This document shows positions 25,059 through 35,460 of a stretch of DNA of 64,000 nt, piece after piece. Position 1 is the stretch's first letter. Each line of letters starts with the position of its first letter. Below the pieces are notes generated by a model, which had not been told where the DNA came from, ran no database searches, and was given only the letters and a program-made list of their open reading frames with translations. The position numbers and the translations under genes are program-made. The stretch is from an uncultured Bdellovibrio sp. (lineage in GTDB: Bacteria; Bdellovibrionota; Bdellovibrionia; Bdellovibrionales; Bdellovibrionaceae), in assembly GCA_966211795.1 (NCBI GenBank), contig CBIHNW010000025.1:3787-67786 (forward strand), read 5' to 3'.

Positions 25059-26594
25059 ATGAACCCCAAAGATGTCAGCCTCCTGAGAAAAATCGCTCTG
25101 CCGATCAATCTTTTGTCGTTCGCTCTTTTGACCACCTTGGGCGTACTGTTGGTGCAAAGCAACGCCAAGTCCGTTCGCAATGCCATGCAATCAAAGGTCA
25201 CATCCCTGACCGAATTTATCGCAACGGCCAGCGCGCCTTATCTTAAAAATTACGATATCTACGCGGTGGATGGATTTGCCAAGCAAGCCATTCAAGATCC
25301 GGACGTGGCCTCCATTACCTTCTATCGCGACCAAAAATCGGTGGTCGAAGCCAAAAACCCAAAATGGGATGGCAGTGAAATTTTCGAGGCTCGGCAAGAC
25401 GTTATCGACCACGACGAAAAAGTTGGTGAAATTCGTGTGGGATTTTCAACAACGCGGATTCAAGCCTCGGTCCACGAAATCATCTGGATCGATGTGCTGA
25501 TTATCTTTTGTGAGCAGATCGCTCTTTTGCTGGGAGTCTTGTTCGTCACCCGCCGAATGACCAAACCCTTAATTCACTTCAGCGAAACGTTGCGACGGGT
25601 GGCGAGATCCGGTGATTATTCCGAACGACTGCGACAACAGCCGGATTTTGCGGCCAGCGCCCAAGAAATCAAAATCGTTGCCACCGAATTCGACCACATG
25701 CTGGCCGAAATCCAGCGCAAAGACCAAGAGATTCATCACGCCAAGCACGAGCTTGAGGCCAAGGTTGCCAGCCGCACCCTGGAGCTTGAGAAAACCATGC
25801 AGTCCTGGAAATCCACGCAACAGGCCTTGATCGAAACCAGCAAGTTCGCGGCCCTGGGCGAAATGGCCAGCGGCATCGCGCACGAGATCAACAATCCGCT
25901 GTCGATCATCAGCATGGCCAGCTCGCAGCTTTTAAACCAAGCTGAAAAGGGCCAGGTGGACGCCGCACTTTTAAATCGCACGGATGAAAGGCTGCAGGCC
26001 GGCGTGAATCGCATCTCAAAGATCATCAAGGGCCTGCGAAGCTTTTCGCGTGAAGCCAGCCTGGATCCCAAAAAAGAGGAGTCCGTGAAGGCCATTTTGC
26101 AAGACACCCTTTCCTTTTGCAAAGAACGCTTCAAGGCCGGCGGCATTCTTCTCAAGGTGGGTGACATTCCGGAAGACTATACGATTCTGTGCCGGCAATC
26201 CGAGATCTCACAGGTGCTGTTGAATCTTTTGAACAATGCCTACGACGCCGCCATCGACGCGCCGAAAAATTCAGGCTGGGTGCAGATCAACGCTCAGAAA
26301 AAAGAGAACTGGATCGAAATTTCGGTGGCCAATAATGGACCCGCCATTCATCCTTTGATTGCGCAGAAAATTTTCGATCCGTTTTTCACCACCAAACCGC
26401 TGGGACAGGGCACGGGCCTGGGACTCAGCATTTCCAAGGGCTTGGCCGAGGCCCACCACGGCACTTTGATTTTGGATTTAAGCCAGCCTGATACGACCTT
26501 CACGCTTTGTTTGCCGGTCGCGCACTCAATCGACGGCGATCATTTTTCCATCGACGATTTTCACCAGAAAGTTCCGCCGCAAGGCCTGGTGTGA
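25059..26594 (+). CDS. sensor histidine kinase (2 TM, HAMP, HisKA, HATPase_c), orphan
   Basis: H-box FAALGEMASGIAHEINNPL, N-box LLNLLNNAYDA, G-boxes DPFFTTK and GTGLGLSISK. No response-regulator gene is adjacent. Confidence 0.9.
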   Translation: MNPKDVSLLRKIALPINLLSFALLTTLGVLLVQSNAKSVRNAMQSKVTSLTEFIATASAPYLKNYDIYAVDGFAKQAIQDPDVASITFYRDQKSVVEAKNPKWDGSEIFEARQDVIDHDEKVGEIRVGFSTTRIQASVHEIIWIDVLIIFCEQIALLLGVLFVTRRMTKPLIHFSETLRRVARSGDYSERLRQQPDFAASAQEIKIVATEFDHMLAEIQRKDQEIHHAKHELEAKVASRTLELEKTMQSWKSTQQALIETSKFAALGEMASGIAHEINNPLSIISMASSQLLNQAEKGQVDAALLNRTDERLQAGVNRISKIIKGLRSFSREASLDPKKEESVKAILQDTLSFCKERFKAGGILLKVGDIPEDYTILCRQSEISQVLLNLLNNAYDAAIDAPKNSGWVQINAQKKENWIEISVANNGPAIHPLIAQKIFDPFFTTKPLGQGTGLGLSISKGLAEAHHGTLILDLSQPDTTFTLCLPVAHSIDGDHFSIDDFHQKVPPQGLV

Positions 26595-27674
26595 TTCCGG
26601 ACTGAAACCAATCCTCAATCCCGAAAGGTCCGCACCCGACATTTTTTCTTCCAGCGCCTTGCGAAATCGGTCGCGACTGAGATTTGGCCCGGCTCTTTTT
26701 AAGCCCTCGACCAGAATCATCGCGTCGATGTAGCCTTCAAGGCCGGCAATGTCGGGTTCAAGATGTTTGGCCTTAGCTTCGCGCAAGTACTGCTCGGTCA
26801 CTTTCAAAGACAGGTCCGATAACAAGGGTGTCCCGATCATCAAATACACGTCCGCTTTCAAATTCTTGATGCCTTCGAAAAACTCGGGATTGGCCAGTGT
26901 CGCATCTCCCATAAAAATCGGACTTAATTTTTCGGCACGTAGCTTTTCCATCAGTTTCAGGCTGGGCATCGCCCGCCCCCACAAGAGCACGGCTTCGGGT
27001 TTCGAATTTTGAATCACGGCAAGCGCCGCATCCACATCCAGCGAGTTTCGCGTGTAAGCTCCCGCGGCCGAAATGTCCAAACCCTTGGCCTGCAAAGCCA
27101 GCAGCGTGCCGTTTCGGCCTTCGTTTCCGTAAGAATCATCTTGGTAAAAAATCGAAATCCGCTTGAGCTTTTTCTTATCGACCAGAAAGTCGATCATGTC
27201 GGTCGCAATTTGATAATAGCCACGCTTGGTGAGGAAGACATTTTTCTTCGGCGGATTTCTCAGGAACTCGGCGCCGCTCGAAGGGCAGATCAGGGGAATG
27301 TCCTTGTCTTCAATGTAGGCCAGGGCAGCTTTAACCGTGGGTGTTCCATAGTACTTGAACAATGCGAAGACCCTGTCCTCTTCAACTAACTTCTTGGTAT
27401 TGGCCAAAGTTCGTTCCGGTTCATAGGCGTCATCGTACACGATCAACTCGATGCGACGTCCGTGGACGCCCCCCGCCGCATTGATTTTATCAAGATAGAG
27501 CTTCTGCCCCGCCAAAAGGTTTTTTGGCCGGGCCGCTTGGGGCGAACTCAGATCCGTGGATTCGCCGATCCGAATTCGCTTTTGCGAGACTCCAGGGGCC
27601 TTTGAGAGGGCTGCAACCGGGATCCCAAACCCGAACAGGATCAGCGCACCGAGAATTTGTTTTGGGATTTTCAT
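26526..27674 (-). CDS. periplasmic substrate-binding protein (LivJ / Peripla_BP_6-like)
   Basis: Signal peptide. KLYLDKINAAGGVHGRRIELIVYDDAYEPERT is typical of branched-chain amino-acid-type SBPs. No ABC permease or ATPase gene is adjacent. Confidence 0.85.
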   Translation of the reverse strand: MKIPKQILGALILFGFGIPVAALSKAPGVSQKRIRIGESTDLSSPQAARPKNLLAGQKLYLDKINAAGGVHGRRIELIVYDDAYEPERTLANTKKLVEEDRVFALFKYYGTPTVKAALAYIEDKDIPLICPSSGAEFLRNPPKKNVFLTKRGYYQIATDMIDFLVDKKKLKRISIFYQDDSYGNEGRNGTLLALQAKGLDISAAGAYTRNSLDVDAALAVIQNSKPEAVLLWGRAMPSLKLMEKLRAEKLSPIFMGDATLANPEFFEGIKNLKADVYLMIGTPLLSDLSLKVTEQYLREAKAKHLEPDIAGLEGYIDAMILVEGLKRAGPNLSRDRFRKALEEKMSGADLSGLRIGFSPESHQALRRNFLVKIVDGKMIAVD

Positions 27675-27818
27675 AGTGACCGAAGTACCGCAACCTGCAA
27701 AGCCGCGTCAGTCACTAACAGCCTGCGAAAACTGGAAAATCTCGGGTTCAGGCCCATAAAACATTTGCCAACACTTCTAAAGTCGACTTTAACACTGTGC
27801 CACAGGGGGGATTCACTA

Positions 27819-28592
27819 ATGTTCATGCAAAAATCAATGACAGCTTTGTTCGTGACGGCAGCTCTTTTGTCGGGCGTTGCTTGTTCAAAGACTCAAACAG
27901 CTTCTGAAGTGGCGGACGCTCAACACGCTTCGATCGTTAACGGCCGTCCCGTTCTCGCAACGGACGCATTTGCCAAGTACACGGTTGCCGTCGGCCCTGC
28001 TGACGAACCTCAGTGCACAGGCGTTGTGATCGGCGCTCACCACGTTTTGACCGCAGGCCACTGTGCCGAGGCCATCCAAGGTGGCGTGGTGATCTTTGCT
28101 CTGGATTATTCAAAGGCAAGCACCATCACTCGTAAGATCACAAAAATCACGGCACATCCACAGTACTGCCCCTCGTGCACCGAGAGCGTCAGCCTGGGCG
28201 ACACCAATGATGTGACAGTCGTTCAATTCGAAGGCGAATTGCCAGCGGGCTACGAAGTCGTCGAGTTTGCTCCGAAGAGCGCGATCGTTTCAAAGGCTCA
28301 AGTTCACTTGGCTGGTTTCGGCGCCAACGAAAATTATGACTATGAAACCATCATGAAGGTCACCGAAGTTCCGGTGAACGAAGTTGGAACTTCCGAATTC
28401 AACACCGATGAAACCAAATCTGGCAGCTGCAACGGTGACTCTGGCGGCCCAGCTTACTTGGAAATCAACGGCAAATTGACTTTGGCGGGTATCACCAGCC
28501 GTGGCGATTCTTACTGCCGCCAAATGGGCGTTTACACGATTCCGTCTGTCCACAACGAGTGGATCCAGTCGGTCATCAAAGCCGCTCACTAG
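27819..28592 (+). CDS. trypsin-like (S1) serine protease lipoprotein
   Basis: Lipobox LLSGVAC, His motif TAGHCAE, Ser motif GDSGGPA. Start moved to the ATG at 27819 behind a GGGGGG RBS. Confidence 0.9.
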   Translation: MFMQKSMTALFVTAALLSGVACSKTQTASEVADAQHASIVNGRPVLATDAFAKYTVAVGPADEPQCTGVVIGAHHVLTAGHCAEAIQGGVVIFALDYSKASTITRKITKITAHPQYCPSCTESVSLGDTNDVTVVQFEGELPAGYEVVEFAPKSAIVSKAQVHLAGFGANENYDYETIMKVTEVPVNEVGTSEFNTDETKSGSCNGDSGGPAYLEINGKLTLAGITSRGDSYCRQMGVYTIPSVHNEWIQSVIKAAH

Positions 28593-28621
28593 TCTAAAAA
28601 TTCAAATTTGAAATGAAAAAA

Positions 28622-28657
28622 AAGCCAGTCTGGAAACAGACCGGCTTTTTTATTTTT
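28622..28657 (+). terminator. rho-independent terminator
   Basis: AAGCCAGTCTG-GAAA-CAGACCGGCTT hairpin (one mismatch), followed by TTTTTTATTTTT and preceded by an A-tract. Confidence 0.75.
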
Positions 28658-29044
28658 CGACCCTCGCACCTGCTAGCAACAACCACCATAGAATCTTCAC
28701 CTCGCCACTCAATCTGCGCGCACTCCCCGCCGCAATGGCGACGATCACCACTGCCGGCATGACGATGTTCACCCTGTGGATGAACTCATCCCTGGGCTAT
28801 TGCGGTGAATCACCTTTAAAAATTAAAACGAGAGGGACTCATCCATGATCTTTGCCGTTGGTATAGCATGTTATCTTGGACTCAAGACATTGCATCGTGC
28901 CAACGGTCAAGATTGTGGATGGGCGACTGTTCGAGCAGCTCTGTCCATGAAGCATTGAAATCACCTGCGGGACGGACCATTCCTCACGGAAGAATGTCGC
29001 TAAGGCAATCAGCTGGACTTGGGATCTTCTCGTCCGACGACCCT

Positions 29045-29476
29045 TTAATGGGCGAGGGTGATTGGCAAGGACTGTGTTTCGGGATTGCTGCCATCAGCGG
29101 GCCGGAAGGTCACTCGCACTTCCCAGGTGCCGGGCATGGTGAAATAAAGTTTTGAGACTTGGTAATGGCCTGGTTCGGAAAGCTTTGCGATCTTGGTGGG
29201 TGAAGAGCCATGACCCATGTCCGGCATAAACAGAACGACTCGAAAATCACCGTCGATATCGACCGCTTGATCAGCGGCATTGAGCCACTGCACTTGCAAT
29301 TTCGACTCAGGACCAACAACCGCCGGATTCTCTGGCACCCAGCTCAGAGCGGCCTTTAAATTTCCGCCTTGGTAAGACAAAACCGCCGGTGACGAAGCCT
29401 CAACCTGCGCCATTGTTGGAGCTGCAAATGCAGTGATCAGGATCAGGCCGATGGTGGTGGCAAAAATATTTTTCAT
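29045..29476 (-). CDS. secreted YtkA-like/FixH-like Ig-fold domain protein
   Basis: Signal peptide MKNIFATTIGLILITAFAAPTMA. FMPDMGHGSSP and TMPGTWEVRVTF are shared with 30159-30647. The ORF-track N-terminal extension to 29851 is rejected. Confidence 0.65.
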   Translation of the reverse strand: MKNIFATTIGLILITAFAAPTMAQVEASSPAVLSYQGGNLKAALSWVPENPAVVGPESKLQVQWLNAADQAVDIDGDFRVVLFMPDMGHGSSPTKIAKLSEPGHYQVSKLYFTMPGTWEVRVTFRPADGSNPETQSLPITLAH

Positions 29477-29602
29477 CCGTTTTGTTCTCGCTTTCGGAGC
29501 GCCGATATACAACAGTTCCGCAAAAGCTGCCGCACAAACTTTTATTCTTCTCGCATCGTCCCAATGGATTTCGCCGCGACCTTTTTCAAGTACAAGCAAG
29601 GC

Positions 29603-30169
29603 ATGAAAAACACCGCACTGCTGCCACTTCTTCTGCTCGCGCTCAATGTGCTCTTTACGCCGACCGCACACGCCGCTTATTCGGTTCAAGGTGAAGACCT
29701 GCTCTCTGGCCAAAAGATCGAAGCCACGGCCAAAGCAAAAGGTTTGGTCGTGATTTTTCTCTCGTCTCGCTGCCCTTGCTCGGACAGCCATTTGCCGATC
29801 ATCGAAAAGCTCAGCCAGCAGTTCACCGATTTTCAGTTTGTCGGCATTCATTCAAACGCCGATGAAGGCAAAGAACAGGCGCAAACCTATTTTAAAAACG
29901 CGCACCTGAGCTTTCCGATCCTGCAGGATGAAAAATCAAAATGGGCGGATCAGTTGAAAGCTTCAAAGACCCCGCACGTGTTTGTGCTAAGCCCCGATGG
30001 CGAAACGCTGTACAAAGGGGGCGCCACGAGCTCGGCGCATGGGCCGACAGCCGAACATGCCTATCTTCAAGACGCCCTCACCGCCATTCAAGCCGGGAAA
30101 AAAGTGACAACGGCCGAGACAAGAACATTGGGCTGCGCGATCTCAAGGGGCGAGAAATATGTTTGGTAA
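29603..30169 (+). CDS. secreted thioredoxin-fold (redoxin/TlpA-like) protein
   Basis: Signal peptide MKNTALLPLLLLALNVLFTPTAHA. The active-site region is VVIFLSSRCPCSDSH, which is CPC rather than CxxC. Confidence 0.7.
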   Translation: MKNTALLPLLLLALNVLFTPTAHAAYSVQGEDLLSGQKIEATAKAKGLVVIFLSSRCPCSDSHLPIIEKLSQQFTDFQFVGIHSNADEGKEQAQTYFKNAHLSFPILQDEKSKWADQLKASKTPHVFVLSPDGETLYKGGATSSAHGPTAEHAYLQDALTAIQAGKKVTTAETRTLGCAISRGEKYVW

Positions 30170-30647
30170 ATTTCTTTTGCCGCTCGTCTGCGGTCTAACG
30201 CTTGCCTGCGCCCGTCCCATTTATCACGATACGGCCCCGAACCCAGATTCTGGGAATTCTCCGCACAGTGGGGACGCCAGCTCAGGCTCGCTGGATAAAC
30301 TGGAAAAGGCAGCCGCAAGTTTGGACCGCTTAGGGTTCAAACTTTCGATCGTGTGGATCAAAAATCAAACGGACGAGGAAACCGGATCTTTTCTTCTGAA
30401 ATTTTGGCGCCCCAACAAAGGCGATCAATCACCCGTCTTGCAAGATTTCGCGCAAACACTGAACGTTCGATTGTGGATGCCTTCGATGGGGCATGGCGCT
30501 TCGCCCGTCAGCCTTCAGCACATTGATATCGGAACCTACCAAGTGGATGACGTGTACTTTTCGATGGTTGGAGATTGGGAGATTCAAGTCGATCTTAAAA
30601 ACGGAGAAGAGCTCGTCGATGCCACCCAGATTCCGATTCATTTTTAA
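30159..30647 (+). CDS. YtkA-like domain lipoprotein
   Basis: Lipobox LTLAC. WMPSMGHGASP and SMVGDWEIQVDL are paralogous to 29045-29476. It overlaps the upstream gene by 11 nt. Confidence 0.65.
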   Translation: MFGKFLLPLVCGLTLACARPIYHDTAPNPDSGNSPHSGDASSGSLDKLEKAAASLDRLGFKLSIVWIKNQTDEETGSFLLKFWRPNKGDQSPVLQDFAQTLNVRLWMPSMGHGASPVSLQHIDIGTYQVDDVYFSMVGDWEIQVDLKNGEELVDATQIPIHF

Positions 30648-31533
30648 TTTCTTGGCACTCCTCTTGATTCTGGCCTCGCCATTGCTTGCTCGGGCCTCGG
30701 CCTGCTGTGGAGGAAATTTCTCGGGCCCAGCGCTCATCACCGGCGATGATCAAAGCCAGCTTTCTCAGTCCATCAATTATTCGCAGATCGATACCGATGT
30801 GGAAGCCAGTGGTCTTTGGCGAAAGCGCCCTGAACCCGAAATATTGAAAAGCTTCAATCTTCAGGCCTCGCGGGTGTTTCAGGATCGGTGGCAGGCAGGG
30901 CTTGGTGTTCCGGTCGTGCAACGCTCGCGCGGATCGGTTGTTGAAAGCGGCATGGGTGATGTGTCCACGAATCTTGGATATGAATATTGGAACGACTGGG
31001 ATTACCACCCGATCCGCCCCAAAGGCATCGGCTACCTGCAGCTGATCATCCCTAGCGGAAAATCAATTCAAGAATCAGATTCAAGATACCAGCTCGAAGC
31101 CCGCGGCCGCGGTTTCTGGGCCCTAGGGATTGGCACGGTGCTGACCAAAACATTCACCCGCTGGGATGCTTTTACCTCATTTGATCTGCATCGCAGTTTT
31201 GAGAAAACGGCCTCGCTCGCTCAAGGTTCCTCGAAATTGAAGCCGGGATTTGGTGGATCCGCAGGGCTTGGGGGCGGATATCATTTTGAGACGATTCGCC
31301 TGGGCACTTCGCTCAGCTGGAATTACGAGGATCCCGTGAACGTCGACGGCCCGGCTCCATCCGAGGGGACTTTGCAAAGATTTGTCACGGCGGCGGTCAA
31401 CCTGACCTACATCTTAGAGAACGAGTGGAGTGTGACCGCACAATATTCGGATCAGGGCCTGATTGGCAGCCCTCTAAACACGACCTTAAGCCAGAGCGTC
31501 TCACTTCAGCTCCAAAAACGTTGGCTTCGCTGA
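30619..31533 (+). CDS. outer-membrane beta-barrel protein with an N-terminal CC motif
   Basis: Signal peptide ...LLARA|SACCGGNF. Alternating amphipathic strands, ending in an aromatic/basic residue run (QKRWLR). Start uncertain. Confidence 0.5.
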   Translation: MPPRFRFIFNFLALLLILASPLLARASACCGGNFSGPALITGDDQSQLSQSINYSQIDTDVEASGLWRKRPEPEILKSFNLQASRVFQDRWQAGLGVPVVQRSRGSVVESGMGDVSTNLGYEYWNDWDYHPIRPKGIGYLQLIIPSGKSIQESDSRYQLEARGRGFWALGIGTVLTKTFTRWDAFTSFDLHRSFEKTASLAQGSSKLKPGFGGSAGLGGGYHFETIRLGTSLSWNYEDPVNVDGPAPSEGTLQRFVTAAVNLTYILENEWSVTAQYSDQGLIGSPLNTTLSQSVSLQLQKRWLR

Positions 31534-31606
31534 AAAAAAATCCGCTCGGTCGCAACCAGAGGACCTTGTTTGATCAAGTCCCGAACTTAAAATTCCGATA
31601 AAGCAA

Positions 31607-32614
31607 TTGATGTCGAGTTCAAAGCAGAACGGAATCGAAACTATTGCGGATCACCTGATGACAGAAGTCCCGAAGGACTTTTTCTTCGACGGCATGACGT
31701 TACCGGCTTCGATTTATCTCAAAATGAAAACATCGAATTATCTCGTGATCGGCAAGAGAACGGATAAGGCCAATTTCTCAAATCTGCACTCATTCAATAA
31801 TGAAGAAGCCCACGTTTTTGTGAAATCATCCGAATACCCGGCTTTGGTTGCGGCCGTCACCAGCTTGACCGGCAAAGTGCTCTCGCAAAAATCGGTTCCT
31901 GATTCGGTGAAGTTGAAATTTCTTTCAGGCCTGGCCGAGGACGCGATGACGTCCCTGAACGCGGCGGGCATGACCTCGGTTTCGAAAGTGCAAAAACTGG
32001 GAGAACTGGTCGATCAAATGAGCCGCTCTCTTTCCGCTTTCGAACAGATCATCGAAATCCTGCACCAGCTGCCAAATAATGAAGCCAAACATTCGATGAC
32101 GACCTGCCTGGTCTCGATGCTTCTGTGTGATGAGTTGCAAATCAACCTTCCCATGGCACGCGAAAAAGTGGCGATGGGATCCCTGCTGCATGACGTGGGT
32201 CTTCGCTTCGTGGCGCCCGAAATTTTGCAAAAGCCCCGACACCTATGGAGTCCCGACGATCTTGCAAGCTACGAAACTCATCCCATGAAAGGGATCGAGA
32301 TGCTGCGGGATATGAAGGATCTACCGAGCGACGTGCTCTTGATCGTGGCCGAACATCACGAGAATGCTCAGGGCACGGGCTTCCCGAAAAAAATGCGCGA
32401 CATCAAGATCAGTCCTCTGGGTAAAATCGTGGCGCTAGCCAATTATTACTCGAGCCTGCTGTTTGGTGAAAAGGCCGATGCCAAAACCTACACCCCGGAT
32501 GAAGCCGTCGCTTACATCGAAGAAGTGATGGGACAGCCATTTAACAAGCAGGCCTTCTTGGCACTTAAAAATATCATCAATAAGAAACACCTCGCCGACC
32601 GCACCGGCAGCTAG
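31607..32614 (+). CDS. HD-GYP-type phosphohydrolase domain protein
   Basis: HDVGL and VAEHHENAQGTGFPKKM, which is HHExxxGxG[YF]P, so the GYP reads GFP here. Confidence 0.8.
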   Translation: MMSSSKQNGIETIADHLMTEVPKDFFFDGMTLPASIYLKMKTSNYLVIGKRTDKANFSNLHSFNNEEAHVFVKSSEYPALVAAVTSLTGKVLSQKSVPDSVKLKFLSGLAEDAMTSLNAAGMTSVSKVQKLGELVDQMSRSLSAFEQIIEILHQLPNNEAKHSMTTCLVSMLLCDELQINLPMAREKVAMGSLLHDVGLRFVAPEILQKPRHLWSPDDLASYETHPMKGIEMLRDMKDLPSDVLLIVAEHHENAQGTGFPKKMRDIKISPLGKIVALANYYSSLLFGEKADAKTYTPDEAVAYIEEVMGQPFNKQAFLALKNIINKKHLADRTGS

Positions 32615-33344
32615 AACAAGACAGACATATTGCATCACCGGCTGTTGCCAGTGGACAAGGCTTGCGGCATCGATTTGAATGTCAGGTCTGTGAGCCAATC
32701 AAAAACCTTCTTTCAAGCCTATTTGCAAACGATCCAAAGAGTGGGCGTGGTTCTTTTCATCTTCGCCTTGGCCGGCACCTTTTTCGATCAATGGGTGACC
32801 AACCAAATGGCCTTGATGCTGGCAAACCCCCAAGGCACCAGCCACTGGGTGTGGTTCTACGGAGCCATTTCTTTGGTTTGGGGTGTGGTCTACCCACTTG
32901 CGAATTTGCTCTTGATCTTATCGGTCCTGCAGCCCCAGCCTTTGCTCAAATTTTGGTTCCAAACTTTCCCGCACGCCATGATCGAGCTCATGCGCTCTTG
33001 GGGCAAGTCCATGCTCTGGGCTTTTCTGCTGATCATTCCGGGCGTCGTCGCTTTTATACGCTACCTGTTTGTGCCCTTTATCGTCTGCCTGGATCCTCTC
33101 TACCCCCAAGGTGAGCGCGAGGCCCTGCAAAGATCCTGGGCCCTCTCGAAGGGTCGCATGTGGCGGCTCTTTGGATTTTTCATGCTCACTTCGCTGGTGG
33201 TGCCGGCCTTCTTGTCGGTCTTTGATGATTTGAAAATTTTGACCGAACACCCGGTGACGAGCGTATTGATTTGCCTGTTGGAGATGTTTTTGAATATTGC
33301 TTTCAGTCTCTGGCTCTGGAAAATCTATCAAAGGAGTGTGCAAA

Positions 33345-34397
<1,053 letters not shown>

Positions 34398-34558
34398 GAT
34401 ATTATGTTTCTTGAGTGCCTTGACCGAAACTGGACCATAGCTCTTTTGACCTGGACCTCGGGAACCGCTATTCTAATTTCACCTAGAAACGAGCTTTTTT
34501 GCTGCTCAGATTAGCTTCAATTTCAGGTTGTTCTGATTCTTTTATCCGACTTCGATAG

Positions 34559-34590
34559 AACCCGTTCCAAAAGAACGGGTTTTGTTTTTT
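34559..34590 (+). terminator. rho-independent terminator
   Basis: AACCCGTTC-CAAAA-GAACGGGTT followed by TTGTTTTTT. It lies about 160 nt after the upstream stop codon. Confidence 0.75.
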
Positions 34591-34632
34591 CTGCTTCCCG
34601 TCGGCGCGCTTGATCGGTCAACATCAAATGAT

Positions 34633-35421
34633 ATGGCAAAAATTGGCGTGTTTGATTCAGGTGTGGGTGGATTGACGGTTCTCAAAGAACTCGCCTCTCA
34701 CTTTCCCAAAGAAGAGTTTCTTTATCTCGGCGACACCGCCCGTCTGCCTTACGGCACCAAATCTGCAGAAACCATTCGCCAGTATTCGGAACAGATTCTG
34801 GGGTTTCTGACCGAGCGAAAGGTCGACGCCCTGGTCATCGCCTGCAACACGGCCTCATCGCAAGTGCCCAAGCGCGATTGGCAGGGCCTGCCGGTCTTCA
34901 ACGTGATCGAACCGGGTGCCGAGTACGCGGTCACCCACAGCCAGAACCAACGCATCGGCGTTCTCGGCACGCGCGCGCTGATCGCCAGTGGCGCTTACCA
35001 GAAGGAAATCCAAAAGCTCTCAGCAGGCGCCCAGGTCTTCGCGCAAAGCTGTCCTTTGTTCGTGCCGCTGGCGGAAGAGGGATGGCTCGAAGATCCGATC
35101 ACGAACTTGATCGCCTATCGCTACCTGCATCCCTTGCTCGAGTCGCAGATCGACACCTTGATCATGGGCTGCACGCATTATCCCTTGCTGAAAACCTCGA
35201 TCCAGCGAGCCTGCGGGGCGCATGTCAATCTCGTGGATTCCGGCAAAGCCTTGGCCTTGCAGCTGGAGAAGGCTTTTGACTCTCAACGTTTGCAACGCTC
35301 TTCTCGAGAGGCCGGAGAGATCCACATCCTGGCCACGGACCTGTCTTCGCACACGCAGGATCTCGCGGCGCAGATTCTGAATCCACTTCGGGTGGCTTCG
35401 TTTGAGGTTGTGCACTTGTGA
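34633..35421 (+). CDS. murI: glutamate racemase
   Basis: IGVFDSGVGGLTVL, LGDTARLPYG, the IACNTAS (Cys1) and GCTHYPLL (Cys2) motifs. Confidence 0.9.
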   Translation: MAKIGVFDSGVGGLTVLKELASHFPKEEFLYLGDTARLPYGTKSAETIRQYSEQILGFLTERKVDALVIACNTASSQVPKRDWQGLPVFNVIEPGAEYAVTHSQNQRIGVLGTRALIASGAYQKEIQKLSAGAQVFAQSCPLFVPLAEEGWLEDPITNLIAYRYLHPLLESQIDTLIMGCTHYPLLKTSIQRACGAHVNLVDSGKALALQLEKAFDSQRLQRSSREAGEIHILATDLSSHTQDLAAQILNPLRVASFEVVHL

Positions 35422-35460
35422 ATGGGATTTGGCTTGCGGAGGTTTTATCTCGTGTCGCGG

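Noticed and set aside
28660-29044. A gene-free interval of about 390 bp (only a 95-aa ORF at 28868-29155 that overlaps the next gene), checked for an RNA gene
   Set aside because: I could not recognise tmRNA, RNase P, SRP, 6S or riboswitch signatures by eye, and the ORF has no RBS or motifs. It is left unannotated rather than called.
29477-29851. N-terminal 125-aa extension of the YtkA-like ORF (track start 29851)
   Set aside because: The extension overlaps the divergent redoxin gene and its promoter. The internal ATG at 29476 is directly followed by a canonical signal peptide.
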